Positions 45,716-60,878 of a stretch of DNA of 64,000 nucleotides are shown piece by piece (position 1 is the stretch's first letter; each line of letters opens with the position of its first letter). The notes beneath the pieces are model-generated. The model was given only the letters and a program-made list of their open reading frames with translations. It was not told the origin of the DNA and did not search any database. A program made the translations under genes and the position numbers. The stretch comes from the human T2T-CHM13v2.0 reference genome, Homo sapiens: assembly GCF_009914755.1 (NCBI RefSeq), contig NC_060933.1; one strand, given 5' to 3'.

Positions 45716-46927
45716 ATGTCTTTGAAGTACTGTGACTCTCAGACCATGTGGAAAATTATATCAGCATAGCCCTTTGACATTTTCAGTTGGAAAAGGAAAG
45801 ATGCTATTATTAATGAGGAAGCTTCTCTCAGGGACTAGATTATTCTTTGGTCATGAATTAGACATTCTGTTACCACATTCAGGCTAAAAGTGACTGTTTA
45901 AATCATATGATCCTTAATATAACAAAACTAAATATACCTTATGTGGCCTGAAAAATTTGTTCCCAAGGAACTTGGACTTTGGGTATTCATAAAATGGTGT
46001 TCATAATTCCATCATACTGTGCTAGTGTCAATATTCCAGTTGAAAGTATTGGCATTGGTTAGTTCTGCTATTAATTTGGCTAAATATACCAGTTTACAGC
46101 CATCTATCTTTTCCTTTATAGTAGTCATAAATTGTAACCTTTGACACAACATATATTACTAGATATAACTTTAGCATTTTATGCTTTTTTAATATGGTAA
46201 GGTGCTTTTTATGTTTGGGGAGTGGTAAAGATAATAACCTTTATCTCAATACAACAATTATACAAGCATTGAGAGTTGCATATTTTACTTAACCGTGTAA
46301 CATTTCTTTGTAGGGACAAAGTAAAAGATAAAACTAGTAATGGTACTCTTTTAACATAATGCTTTCTCAACAATTCACATGAAGAATTCTGTAGGATAGT
46401 AAAGAAGGTACTGTAATTATTTGTACCTTACAAATGAAATAGTTGAGGCCCACAGACCATGGTTACTCAGCACAAAAAGTGCTGGAAAAGAGACTGATGT
46501 CAGAACATTTGTTTCCCAAGTGAAATGTCTTTCCTTTATGGACTAGCAGTGATGTCATTCTGAAGCACTAAAAAGTGATTCTTCTGAGTTCTGCTTCTCC
46601 CAGGTAATGATCATTTAGATTTGGTTATCTTGCTTCTTGTATATGAACTGTGGCGTTTTACTGGGAGCAGCAGCAGCAGCAACAGTTATCAGTTTGACAC
46701 TATCAGATGTTAGACGTTATTACTGGTACTTTGCAAACATTTTCTTTAATCTTCTTAAAAACCCTATATGGTAGATAAATAATAACCTCATTTTGCAAAT
46801 AAGAAAACTGAGGCTTAGAATGATGTTTTTCTTTGACAAAACAGTGTATTTTTTTAGGCATTATGGTTCAAAGCAAAGAAGAAAAGAAAAAGTGTATTCC
46901 TGATTTAAAGTTTACGCTACAAATATG

Positions 46928-47279
<352 letters not shown>

Positions 47280-47639
47280 TTATATGCATGTTTAATGTTT
47301 TACTTAGAAGGATTTCTCTTTGATTAGTTTCTAGTCCTGGGATGTTTAGAATAATTTTTTCCTACTTCCCCTAAGACTCCCATTATTTTTTAAAGTATGA
47401 ATACTATTAGGTAGTTAGGTAATATTTATGATCAATTGTGGACAACTGTGGCTGCAGGTTATGTCTGTCTTTCATGTATATTGTTCTAGCTTTCTTCTCA
47501 TGGCTCCTTCCAGGAACTTCCTCTTTAGCAGCCTGTATTTTCACCACTGAGATATAAACATGATCCAGTTTGGCCAATCAGATTATTTGATTAACCAAGC
47601 CTTAATGATTGATTATTTTAGGGATGGGCAAGTAGGGCT

Positions 47640-48365
47640 GTGTAATAAAGAACTTGGCCTCAGCTCAGGCAGAGGTCTGGCTGGCCTTTGATTCCAGTTC
47701 CTGGGAGGTAACTTCTAATCCTTTGCATTTCCTGCTAAGATGTCCTTTGTTATTCATGGTGGGCACCTGGGACCACAACTGGTAGTTTATGTTCACAAGG
47801 TGACTTCTGTAGGTCTTTCAGGCCATGTGATGTCAGACTGACATCTGGAGAGTGTGGAGGGCTGGAAATTAAATTAAACTATGTGGATAATTATTTATTC
47901 AACCAGGCCTACATCATGAAGCCCCAATAAAAACTTAGGACACAGAGTTTGGGTTTTGTCATGTATTAGTGCTGCTGGGGTAATGCACCTCTAAGGATGA
48001 TGGAAGCTTCACATCTGGACCCCTCCCAGACTTCACCCTGTGCATCTTTTCTGTTGGTTTGTTCTTACTTGTATCCTTTTATTATAATAAGAATGTAATC
48101 ATAAGTATAATACTTTCCAGTCATGTGAGTTGTTCTAACAAATTATTGAACCTGAGCTGATCATGGGATCTACCAAATTTGTAGCCAGCTGGTCTAAAGT
48201 GAAGGCGGTCCTGGGAACCCCCAAACTTGTGGCTGGTGTCTAAGTGAGATCAGTCTTATAGGAACTGTCTCTTCTCACTTTGCACTTTGGCAGACTCATT
48301 GCAGTTGGTGTCTTGATAGACTTGGTAGTCTGGAGGACTGTGCTCTTAACCTTGAGTTTGACCAA
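47640..48365 (+). mobile_element. MER21-family LTR, apparently nested in an older MLT1 remnant (~47450-47635 and ~48370-48720)
   Basis: tgtaataaagaacttggcc...gaagccccaataaaaact...ggaccccTcccagacttcaccctgtgcatc...gggaacccccaaacttgtggctggtgtc. Confidence 0.75.
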
Positions 48366-48820
48366 CATTGAGTAAGGGCCAAGCAGATTATTCCATAGAA
48401 TTGAGCAGAGTATTCCATGTGGACTTAGAGAGGGAAATTCTGTTTCTGGAAATATTAAGCTGGAGATTTTAAGCTGGAAAGGTGTGGTTTGTTTGCTGGT
48501 AGCCATCTTGACTATCATATGATGATAGCCTGTGTGTAGATTGTAGCTAGGTAGAGTAGGAATGATGAAATGGAGAGAAAAACATCCCTTATAGTATTGT
48601 CTGAGCCCGTTGATCTCGCTGTGCTAAAAGCTGTATGTATCTATGGTTTCCTGATTCAGCAAATCATTAAATATCCTTTGTGCTTACACTAGTTTAGCTT
48701 CCACCATTGCAATCAGAGAGTTTTGTCAATATCTGTTGTTTGGACCTCATGTTTCTCCTGGAGGATCACATGTATTAGTGAATAAAACTTTGATTGAGAG
48801 TCTTCTTATTTTCATGTAAT

Positions 48821-49224
48821 TGATATAGTTTGCATATTTGTCCCTGCCCAAATCTCATGTTGAATTATAATCTCCAGTGTTGAAGGTGGGGCCTGCTGGG
48901 AGGTGTTTGAATCACAGGGGCGTATCCCTCATGGCTTGGTGCTATCTTTGTGATAGTGAGTTCTCATGAGATTGGGTCATTTAAAAGTGTGGCAGGCACC
49001 CTCCTTCCCCCTGGCTCACCACACACACAACTTTTTCCTCTCATGCTCCTGCTCTGGCCATGTGACCTGCCTGCTCCCTCTTTGTCTTTTGCCATGACTG
49101 TAAGCTTCCTGAGGCTTCCCCAGAAGCTGAGCAGATGCCAGCCCCATGCTTCCTGAAAAACCTGCAGAACCATGAATGAATTAAACCTCTTTTCTTTATG
49201 AATTACCCAGTCTCAGGTATTTCT
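48821..49224 (+). mobile_element. MST-family (MSTA/B) MaLR LTR, 3' tip missing
   Basis: tgatatagtttgcatatttgtccctgcccaaatctcatgttgaatt...aattacccagtctcaggtatttcttt. Confidence 0.9.
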
Positions 49225-50031
49225 TTCTTTTTTTTTTTTATTATACTTTAAGTTTTAGGGTACATGTGCACATTGTGCAGGTTAGTTACACATGTATACA
49301 TGTGCCATGTTGGTGTGCTGCACCCATTAACTCGTCATTTAACGTTAGGTATATCTCCTAATGCTATCCCTCCGCTCTCCCCCCACCCCACAACAGGCCC
49401 CGGTGTGTGATGTTCACCTTCCTGTGTCCATGTGTTCTCATTGTTCAGTTCCCACCTATGAGTGAGAACATGCAGTGTTTGGTTTTTTGTCCTTGTGATA
49501 GTTTGCTGAGAATGATGGTTTCCAGCTTCATCCATGTCCCTACAAAGGAGATGAACTTATCATTTTTTATGGCTGCGTAGTATTCCATGGTGTATATGTG
49601 CCACATTTTCTTAATCCAGTCTGTCATTGTTGGACATTTGGGTTGGTTCCAAGTCTTTGCTATTGTGAATAGTACCGCAATAAATATACGTGCGCATGTG
49701 TCTTTATAGCAGCATGATTTATAATTCTTTGGGTATATACCCAGTAATGGGATGGCTGGGTCAAATGGTATTTCTAGTTCTAGATCCCTGAGGAATCGCC
49801 ACACTGACTTCCACAATGGTTGAACTAGTTTACAGTCCCACCAACAGTGTAAAAGTGTTCCTATTTCTCCACATCCTCTCCAGCACCTGTTGTTTCCTGA
49901 CTTTTTAATGATCACATTCTAACTGGTGTGAGATGGTATCTCACTGTGGTTTTGATTTGCATTTCTCTGATGGCCAGTGATGATGAGCATTTTTTCATGT
50001 GTCTTTTGGCTGCATAAATGTCTTCTTTTGA
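49225..50031 (-). mobile_element. Young 5'-truncated L1PA (about 0.8 kb) with open ORF2 C-terminus
   Basis: ORF 49445-49915 closely matches the L1 ORF2p C-terminus (…[33 protein letters not shown]…FSLIGGN*), followed by 3'UTR and poly(A). Confidence 0.97.
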
Positions 50032-50185
50032 AACAGAGTTGTTTTATAGAGTTTTATATGTGAGTTTTAATATATGTAAGTTTTAATATATGTAATGAGT
50101 TTTAATATATGTAAGGCAATTAATTCCAGGTACCTAACAATTGTATATGCAATTTTATATTCTTGCTATACGAGACAATGTTATA

Positions 50186-50521
50186 AATTTAATTTAATTT
50201 AATTTAATTTAATTTAATTTAATTTAATTTAATTTTTTGAGACAGGGTCTCACTTTCTTACCCAGGGTGGAGTGCTGTGGCATGAGTTCGGCTTACTGCA
50301 ACCTCAACCTCCCAAGCTAAAGCAATCTTCCCACCTTTGCCTCCCTAGTAGCTGGTACTACAGCCTTGCACCACCATGCCTGGCTAATTTTTTGTACTTT
50401 TTGTAGAGATGGGGTTTTGCCATGTTGCCCAGGCTGGTGTCAAACTCCTGAGCTCAAGCTATCCACCTGCCTCGGCCTCCCAAAGTGCTAGGATTACAGG
50501 CATGAGCCATTGCACCTGACC
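50186..50521 (-). mobile_element. AluJ with (AATTT)n tail
   Basis: agggtctcactt...gagctcaagctatccacc; flanking tataaattt. Confidence 0.9.
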
Positions 50522-51001
50522 TATAAATTTTTTTTCAACTATCAAACTTAGTTTAGAAGACTCAAGAGAAGAAGGAAAGTCAATTGTATTTACCCATGTT
50601 GTTGCTTACTCTTTTCTTTTTTCCTTCCAGGTTTTCCGTGATTCCTACTTTTGTCATTTGATTTCTGTTTAGAGAACTTCTTTAGTCATTTTCTTTTGTT
50701 AAGGATAGATCTGCTGGCAACATATTCTCTTAGTTTCCCTTCATCTGAGAATGCACTGATTTTCCCTTCACTCTTGAAGGATATTTTCACTGAATATAAT
50801 ATTCTGCTTTCAGAAGTATTTTATTTCAACATTTGAAAAATGTCATACCAATTGCTTCTGGTCTTCATGAGTTCTGATGAGGAATTAACTATCTTGGATT
50901 TGTTTTTCCTGTAAAGGTAAAGTGTCATTTCTTTAGTTGCTTTGAATATTTTTCCTTTGTTTTTAACTTTTCAAGAAGGTTTTATCTATAATTTGTCTTG
51001 A

Positions 51002-51354
<353 letters not shown>

Positions 51355-51372
51355 TTGATATGGATTTCTTTT

Positions 51373-51661
51373 CTTTGAGACAGTGTCTTGCTCTGCTGCC
51401 CTCGCTGGAGTGCAGTGGCACAGTTACTGCTCACTGCAGCCTCTACCTCCTGGGCTCAAGTGATCCTTCCATCTCAGCCCCATGAGTAGCTGGGACCACA
51501 GGGGCACGTCACCTCGCTTGGCTGCTTTTTCTTTTATTTTTTGTAGAGGCGGAGTCTCATTGTGTTGCCGTGGCTGGTCTTGCACTCCTGGGCTCAAGCG
51601 ATTCTCCTGCCTCAGTCTCCCAAAGTTCTGGGATTATGTGTGTGAGCCACTGCGCCTGGTC
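51373..51661 (-). mobile_element. AluJ
   Basis: cactgcagcctctacctcctgggctcaag; followed by the diverged TSD copy CTTGACATGAATTTCTTTT. Confidence 0.9.
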
Positions 51662-52554
51662 TTGACATGAATTTCTTTTTTATTTACTCTGTTTGAGATT
51701 TGCTCACCTTCTTAAGTCTATAAATTTGTGTCTTTTTGCCAAATTTGGGAAGTTTTAGCTATTACGTCTGTAAGTACTTTTTCAGCCTCACCTTTTTCCT
51801 CCTCTTCTCTGGGACTTTTATCAGGCAAATATTAGATTTTTTTTTTAATAGTCCCACAAATTCCTGAGGCTTTGTTCACTTTTTTTTTTCAGTCTATTTT
51901 GTCTGTTGTTCAGTTTGGGTAATTTCTATTGTACTATTTTCAAGTTCACTGATTCTTTCCTCTGTCACTTGCATTCTAATGTTGTACCCATACATTGAGT
52001 TTTTTGTTTTGGTTATTGTATTTTTCAGTTCTAATATTTCTACTTGATGGTTCTTTATATCTTTGATATCTTTGCTGAGATTTTCTGTTTATTTGCTGAG
52101 ACTCTCAATTCTTTTATTTGCTTCAAGTGCATTTGTAGTTACTTGCTGAAGTATTTTTATGATGGCATTTTCAATTTTTTGTGAAATAATCCTCTCATGT
52201 CATGTTGGTGTTGGTATGTATTAGGCATTCTTTGTTTTCATTTAATTTGATCTTTTTCTGCTGTGTGGCATGTTGTGTTTGGCTGTAGTGAAGCTATTAT
52301 TATATACGCTTTCTGTCTTGCAAGGCTACCCCTTTTCTGGTACTTTAACTAGAGAGAGTAGGTTTTTTGGGGGACTTTTTTTTGGCAGGCACCCTTTGGC
52401 ATTTTCCAGTTTTCAGTTTCTTCAGCTGCAAACTCGGGATATATGAAGCAATAGGAAAACAAAGGGAACTCACCACCACTTGTCTTTTTCCTTGGGTCTT
52501 AAAGTGTCTAGCTAGTCTGTCTTCTTTTCTCCATTTCTCAGAGAATAGAGAAAA

Positions 52555-52690
52555 GGTTGGGTGTAGTGGCTCACGCCTCTAATCTCAGCATTTTGGGAAG
52601 CTGAGGCAGGAGGATCGCTTGAGCTTAAGAATGTGAGACCAGCCTGGGCAATACAGTGAGACTCTGTCTCTACACAAAATATTAATAAAA
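52555..52690 (+). mobile_element. FLAM / Alu left monomer
   Basis: gtggctcacgcctctaatctcagca...ggaggatcgcttgagc...accagcctgggcaatacagtgagac. Confidence 0.85.
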
Positions 52691-52809
52691 GGGTCCTCTT
52701 ATATTTGTTTAATAGAAAACATCCAGGGCTTTTAAATTGTACTTAGCAGGAGAAATAGGGAAAAATATAACTACTTTAGTTTCTAGTAGTGGAAGTCCAC
52801 TGGCTCTAA

Positions 52810-53150
<341 letters not shown>

Positions 53151-54347
53151 TGAAAGATAATAGCTATCTTTGACCTACTACTTGCCAACATGTATATGTG
53201 AAGATAGTTTCTTCTATTGTCTGCTCGAGAATGTATGGAGCCCATTTCTAGCTGAAAGGTAGGTAGACGTACTTAGTTCTCAGCATAAATTCTAGTAATT
53301 AATATTTATAGGCATTTACCAAGTTGATTCTTCTAGCTAAACAATGGTAGTATCACTTTTTAGCCCCAAGTCTGATTCTTTGGCAGCCTGAGTTAAGGGG
53401 GCATAGATTGGTCTCCTAAAATAAACTTTTAAAGGCTTTCCTAGTGTGTTTTCCTTACCTTATAAAATTATGGAATCATTCTACCTAGGATACATTATAT
53501 GAATTCTGATCCTCATGTACTCTTTGACTACTCTGTCTTTTTATTTTTGGGGACTTGGAGGATATAAAAAGATGTTGAAGAGTCAGAGGAGGAGAAGTAT
53601 TAAGTACTATGGCTGTCTCACATCACCTTCCATTCAGTTGAGAAATGACCACTTATTTTTCTTCTGATTGGATATAAGCATGTCTCTCCAAGCCAAAGGG
53701 GTAGAGAATGGGTGAAAAAGACAATTCTGTAGCCTTCAACTAGGCCATCTTCATTTTCAGAGTGATGTATTGATCAGCCATTGCCTTCTTTGCTCATTTC
53801 AGCTCCATTGCTTTAATAGTTAAAGGAAATTCCTTCCAGATTTAGACAATAGTTAGTCAGTTTTTAGCATTGCTGTTTTTAATCTCTTTTTCTGGGTCCG
53901 TATAGGTATTTTAGGATAAGGGAGCGGCAGCCAGCCAGATGCCATTTAAAACTAGAATCTCCCATAAGCTAAACTAATCTTAAGGGAAATTTAAAAGTGA
54001 GTCTGAGTGAAAGCAAGTTTTTTCAAAATTGAATTGAACAATTAAGTTGCTAAAATAATCTCTTCATTTAAAAATCAATGACATACAAAAATAATTTTAT
54101 TGTTTGAGTTTTTAAACTTTTTCAAATCTGTGAATCAAGCTCCTCTTGGTGCTTGAATAGGTGCCATCTGCTGAGTTGTAACTGAGCCAGTTCTTGCATT
54201 TGGGCCTAAATTTAATATTTAATTCTGATAGATGAAACATGCATCTTTAAAAGCAGTGAGCCATTTGTAGATTTTTAGTTTAATACTTGCCTAAAACTTA
54301 GATTTACTTCTTAGTAGTAACTTACATAGATACATTTCTTAAATACA

Positions 54348-54755
54348 CAGATGCTTCTCAACTTATGATGAGGTTACATCCTGATAAACCTATCATAGGC
54401 TGATTTATGGTGGTTTGACTCATGATTTTTAAAATTTATGATGGTATAAAAGCAATACACATTTAGTAGAAACCGTACTTCAAGTACCCATACAACCATT
54501 CTGTTTTTCGCTTTCAGTATAATATTCAATAAATTACATGAGATATTCAATAATTTATTATAAAAAAGGCTTTGTGTTAGATGATTTTGCCCAAATGTAG
54601 GCTAATGTCAGTGTTCTGAGCATGTTTAAGAGAGGCTAGGCTAAGCTATGATGTTTGGTAGGTTAGGTGTATTAAGTGCATTTTTGATTTACAGTATTTT
54701 CAGCTTATACTGGGTTTATTGGGATGTAACCCCATTGTAAGTTGAGGATCATCTG
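54348..54755. mobile_element. MER47 (Tigger5-derived, TcMar) DNA transposon
   Basis: Long imperfect TIRs cagatgcttctcaacttatgatgaggttacatcctgataaacc / ggtttattgggatgtaaccccattgtaagttgaggatcatctg, TA at the right flank. Confidence 0.85.
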
Positions 54756-54779
54756 TACTTGCTTATACATAACCTATCC

Positions 54780-55310
54780 TAGGTATCAGTTAGCTATTAT
54801 TTAAAAAAAAAATAATTGATATGCTTGGAACAATAACCAGAAGCTTAGAACAGTTGAATCTTTAACTCAACTGGGTGGTTTCTGCTGACTTGAACTGGGT
54901 TTGGCAAAGCTCACTCACATTTCTCTGGTCAGCTGTGAATTGGCTAGGTGACTTTGCTAATCTTGGCTACACTTAATTGTTTGTCTGGAGCTTTGCCTGG
55001 GACACTAGACTGACTCACCTCTGTTCCATGTGTCTCATCCTCCAGCAGGCTAGCCCAGGCATGTTCTTGTGATGAAGGCAGTGGAGAGTGGAGAAGAAAG
55101 AGAGAGAGTGAATAAGAGAGAACAAGTGAACACAGAAAATGCACCATACACCTTGAGGCCTAGGCTTGGAACTGACAAAATGCCACTTCCTTCACATTTT
55201 ATTGGCTAAGCAGGTTGCAAGGGTCCATGAAATAGACTCCATCTCTTAATGGGATGAACTGCAAAGTAACATTTGAAAGGTTGCTGATATACAGAGGGGT
55301 GAATAATTAT
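54780..55310. mobile_element. MLT1-family LTR
   Basis: gtatcagttagctatt...ctcatcctccagcaggctagcccaggcatgttc...cacattttattggctaagca. Confidence 0.75.
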
Positions 55311-57425
55311 AGTCATTTCTACAATCAATACACTATTTTAGGAAAGGATGGAATGGGACTAGAACCCTATTTTATGCCTCTAGACCCGATTTCTTTTTAT
55401 TGCACTAGTTTTTCTTCCTACTTACCTATACCATGAGTCTGAATGTTTCTGAGGAAAATAAAAAGCATTTATGTTTTCAGCATAGAGAATCTATATTGAA
55501 ATGTTACCAATATAGAGAATCTTTTGAAAGTTAAGAAGGATTTTTTCACATTGCTTTACCTGTTTATTTCTTTTGACTATAAGTCTCTGGAAACTCGAAC
55601 AATAATATTAGGGTTATATAACCCTAGTTATCAGGGTTTTAGGTTCACTTCACATCTTATATTTTTTATCATTAGTATCATTAGTATTTGTGACAGATTC
55701 TTTTTGGAAATCAAGTTATAGGATAAGACATAAAACTTCAGGGTGTGTTTTTTCTCACATTGATATTTTTATCATAGCCCACTCACCCCTTGTTACTGCC
55801 CTTGCCTTTGTGGACCTAGAGACGGATGAAAAAGATAAAATTGTTATTGAATTGTAGCAGCTTCAAGCTGTCCTGTTTGTTTGTCCCCAGATCTTTCTAT
55901 GCCAGTTCCAAATTCCCTCTTGCCAAAATTAGGTTTGGAAAAATAATGTATTTCGTATATGACATATGTTTGAAATTAGCAGGAAATGCAGCCAAGATTT
56001 GGAAATTAACAAGGAAAAAGTTATTTCTGAAAACAGTTGGGAGCCAAAGAAGAGTGTTTGGCTTAAAACATTAGGGTATTTCATTGTTTAGCAAATTAAA
56101 TAATTCAAAAAAATCCAAGAAGGAACAACACAGCATTTTTTTTCAATATATGTGGATAGTTCTTATTTAAGAACCTTTTAGACAGAAATTAAATGAGGAA
56201 TCCAAATGTACCATCTACAGGATATATAATCTTCTAATATCTAGTAAATCTAATTCTTCATGAATTTTTTTGAAATTAAGTCACATACTTCTGTTTGCCC
56301 ATATGTGAAAAAGAGATTTACTATTGATCTGCTACTTACAAAATAAACAGGAATAGTTGAGGGGACCCAGAACAAGAATCAGATCTTCCCTTTCCAATAT
56401 GAAGGACTATTTGGACCTGACTTCTTGATAAACACATTATCATTTCTGTATTAAATGTTGAATTGTCTCCTCTAGCAATTTATCTCTTTGAATTAATTTA
56501 ATTCAAGGTAAGGAACATTACTAGGCATTGTCTATACAGGGGAGTAAGATGATAAGGAGGCATGTAGATTGACAAACTGTGGTCCTTAACCACAGGAGAC
56601 TTAAAGTCTGATTGAAGAGAATAGGATTATTTAATGCGAGGTATTGTTCTTTTCAGGCCCCATTTATAGAAACGTGCATTCCTTTAGAGTCCTAGATCAA
56701 TTTATAAGAAGGTGAAGGCCTGTCTGGGCTAAGAATCTCAGAGTTGTTGATTTCATGAATCCTGGCTGAATTCATGAAAATTATACATTTTGAATACACT
56801 TTTATAATCAGAGGAAAACCTGTTTCGTTATTACAGTGTTTTGCAATGTCTTCCTAGTTTGTTTCTTTGCATGATTATAAGATGGGGCATTATCAAGGAG
56901 GTGTCAACCTGGCACTATGACCTTTGCCCCTAAAATAGAGATGTTTGTTCTGAGAAGTTAACTCGTATATCTTAGTAGTTCTCAGCATTCTGTGTCATTG
57001 AGATGGGATCCAGCATTAATAGATCAGACAAATCATTAGAATTATGTAGACATTAAATATCAACTAGAGGAATGATGAATTGGTCTCAGCCAACAAGATT
57101 TCAGAGTATGGCTTGTTGATAGAGGAGGAAATTCAAGATACTAAAGACCTTAATATTGTCTAATTCTGGAGCACAATGTAGAGGAAATACTGACCACTTG
57201 GCTTTGCCTGCCACATTAGAAAGTGAGTACTCCTTGTTTTTATTGATGATACCATTAGCAAGAAGCAGTGACTGGGATTTACAGACTGGATTAACTAGTT
57301 ACCATTGTTTGACATTCATCAGGCCCCTTAGCTCTCTAATTTCTTTGATTTGTAAAATAGAGCTAATAAAAATAACCCTCAGAATTCCTCTGAGGACTAA
57401 ATGAGAAAATACATTAAAACTTGTC

Positions 57426-57787
<362 letters not shown>

Positions 57788-59225
57788 TTATAGATATGTC
57801 AGTTATTTTTATAGTACAAGGAATAAGTAGAGCCATTTTGCAAAAAGTTGAAGAGCCCAAAGGCTGAAGGCCTAACTTAGCCAGTGTTTCCTCTGGAATG
57901 GCTATGTACAATGTACCTTGTGCTCATAAATACTCTGACTCTCAAAGAGCTTGCTGTCTTATAGGAAAATTACTAGAATAATATGAATATCTGAAACTTC
58001 AAATGTAAAGTGACAAATGACATGAGGAAATTATTAGCAAAGATTTCAAGAGTACAGAAAATCCAGGGATCACTTTTTGCTGAGGCCATTTTTGAAAGGC
58101 TTCTTTGTCAGGCAAAACTTTGTTAGGCAATTTAAGGTGAGTCTCAAAGGACAAGGTGGATTTCAACAGGTGAAGATAGTAAGGGGAAGTAGAAGGGCAT
58201 TCCATACATGGGGATGGATATGAATACGGCTGAGTAGATGAAGGTGGTGAATGCAGACTCTTTTAAAGGTCAAAAGAAAGACAGCTATGGTTTGTGATGG
58301 TAGCAGTCCTGAGATCCCTTGTTTGGGAAATCTAGGAATGGAGTATAGGTAGGAGGGAAGGAAAGAATGAAGCTTTGAAAAAAGAGGCAAAATGGAAAAA
58401 GAAGTGAGAGGAGACGGGGACCAAGAACATGGATAAGGAGTATCAAAGAATAAAACAAACATCAAAGGAACTTTAAGAGATAAAGCTGAGTCTATTTTTT
58501 TGTCAGACAGGGAACACATACTAGTCAAGAAATTCACTGAGTGGACACGGAGTGGGAAATGTGTTGTAAAGGGGGTCTCATGATGCCTGTGTTGATAAAA
58601 ATTGAAAACTAGTACTCTGGGTAGAATAGAAGAGTTCTTTGGTCTGTATATGGCTGATTCAAATAAATCCTGTTATTCATTGCTCAGGAAAGAGTCTTTC
58701 ATTAGTCTAGAAGGGTCTGGCATCTCAGGGTCATTCAGAGTTCATGGTCATTTATCAACTTCAGTTCCTTGGAATCAGTTGTGATAAAACACAATGTTCA
58801 ATTTTATATCATTTAGGCAAGTGTTTCTGTAAGCAGAAAATTTTCTTTGACCTAGTTAGCCAGAGAAAAGATGAGTGAGATAACTTGATATGGAGAGAAA
58901 CAAGATTTTTGGCTTGTCCTTTTTGCCTTCTCTTGCCTCATGATACATCTACTTCAATTCCGCACCATTATCTGAGTGGCCATTATTAAATTCTATGCTC
59001 CATGCATTCTTTTTAAAGAAATAGATTTATTGAGATATAATTAACGTACTATACAATTCACCCATTTAATGTGTAGAATTCCATAGTTTTAGTATATCCG
59101 CAGATAAGTGAAACCAACAGCAGTCAATTTTAGAACATTTTCATCACCTCAAAAACCCCCTGCCCTTTAGCTGTCATCCTCTAATCTCATTAACCCCCTT
59201 ACCCCCAGAGCTAAGCAGACATGAA

Positions 59226-59505
59226 CTTTCTTTTTTTGACCATCGCCTAGTCTGGAGTGCAGTGGCGTGATCTTGGCTCACTGCAATCTCCGGCACCCGA
59301 GTTCAAGTGATTTTCCTGCCTCAGTCTCCTGAATAGCTGGGATTACAGGTGTGTGCTGCCACGCTTGGCTAATGTTTGTATTTTTAGTAGAGAAGGGGTG
59401 TCACGATGTTGGCCAGGCTGGTCTTAAACTCCTGACCTCAGGTGATCCACTGGCCTCGGCCTTCCAAAGTGCTGGGATTACAAGTGTGAGCCACCACGCC
59501 TGGTC
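59226..59505 (-). mobile_element. Alu (Sx-like)
   Basis: Alu body with shortened 3' end. Confidence 0.9.
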
Positions 59506-60222
59506 TCTACTTTCTATCTCTGTAGATCTCTCTGTTCTGGACTTTCATATTATTATATATAATTATATAATATCTGGTCTTTTGTGACTAGTTTCTTTTA
59601 CTTAGCATAATGTTTTCAAGATTTATCCATGTTGTAGCATGTATCAGTACTTTATATGGCCAAATAATATTCTATTGTCTAAATATATTGAATTTTATAT
59701 ATTCAGATATTTCAGTTCTTTCCACCTTTTAGGCATTATGAATAATGCTGCTATAAAAATTTGTGTACAAGTTTATTTGTGAACACATTTTTAAAAAATC
59801 TTGGGTATACACCTAGAAGTGGAATTGCTGGGTCATATAGTAGCTATGTGGTAACTATGTAATTGTGTGAGGACCTGGCAGGCTGTTTTCCAAAGTGATT
59901 ATGCCATTTTTCATTCCCACCAGCAGTGTATGGAGCTTCCAAATTCTCTAATTCTTGACAACACTTGTTATTATCTGACTTTTTGATTCTAGGCATCCTG
60001 GTGGGTGTGAAGTAGTATCTCATTGTGGTTTTGATTTGCATTGGTAATGATGTTGAGTATCTTTTCATGTGCTTATTCATCATTTGAATATCTTCCTTGG
60101 AGGAATGTTTATTCTCATCCTTTGCTCATTTTTAAGTTGAGTTTTTTAATTTCTGAATTCTAAATAGTTTTTTATATATTTTGTTACATATATATTTTTA
60201 TGAGATATGTGATTTGCAAGTA

Positions 60223-60878
60223 CAATTGATTCTCATTATTTGTGGATTCCATATTTGCAAATTTACCTACTCACTAAATGTATTTGTAACTTTCAAATCA
60301 GTACTGGTGGCAGTTTTGTGGGCATTCAAGGACATGTAGATGTGCAGATTGGCAAAAAGTTTGAGTCATCTGATAAGTTTTCAGCTGAGGTAGAACAAGT
60401 CAATGCTCTACCTTCTTATTCCCAGCATTCTTCCTGTAAACAAATTTCCCCTTTTCAATCTATTTAGTGTTATATTTTTCATATTTTTGTGCTCTTTATT
60501 GATCATTTTGCTGTTTAAAATAGCTCTCAAGTGGAGCACAAAACTGCTGTCTAGTATTCCAAAGCACATGGAGGCTGTGATGTTCCTTTTGGAGAAAATA
60601 CATGTGTTAGATAAGCTTCATTTGGGTGTAAGCTATAGTGCTGCTGGCCATGGGTTCAATGTTAATGAATTAACAATATATATTCAATAAAGTGTCTTTA
60701 AACAGAAACACACATGAAACAAGTTTATATGTATGAACTGGTTGAATAAAAATGTGACCAGATGCACACAGGAACCTAATCCTGTATTTCCCCTAGGGGA
60801 AACAATTCAGTATTTGATAAGTCAGTGTTTGCAGTGACATTATAGAACATAATTACTGTGAATAATGGGAATCAACTG
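60223..60878. mobile_element. MER82-like TcMar-Tigger DNA transposon
   Basis: TIRs caattgattctcattatttgtgg / ctgtgaataatgggaatcaactg with TA on both flanks. Confidence 0.8.

Noticed and set aside
49445-49915. 156-aa ORF as a host gene or active L1
   Set aside because: Only the ORF2 C-terminus of a 0.8-kb 5'-truncated L1
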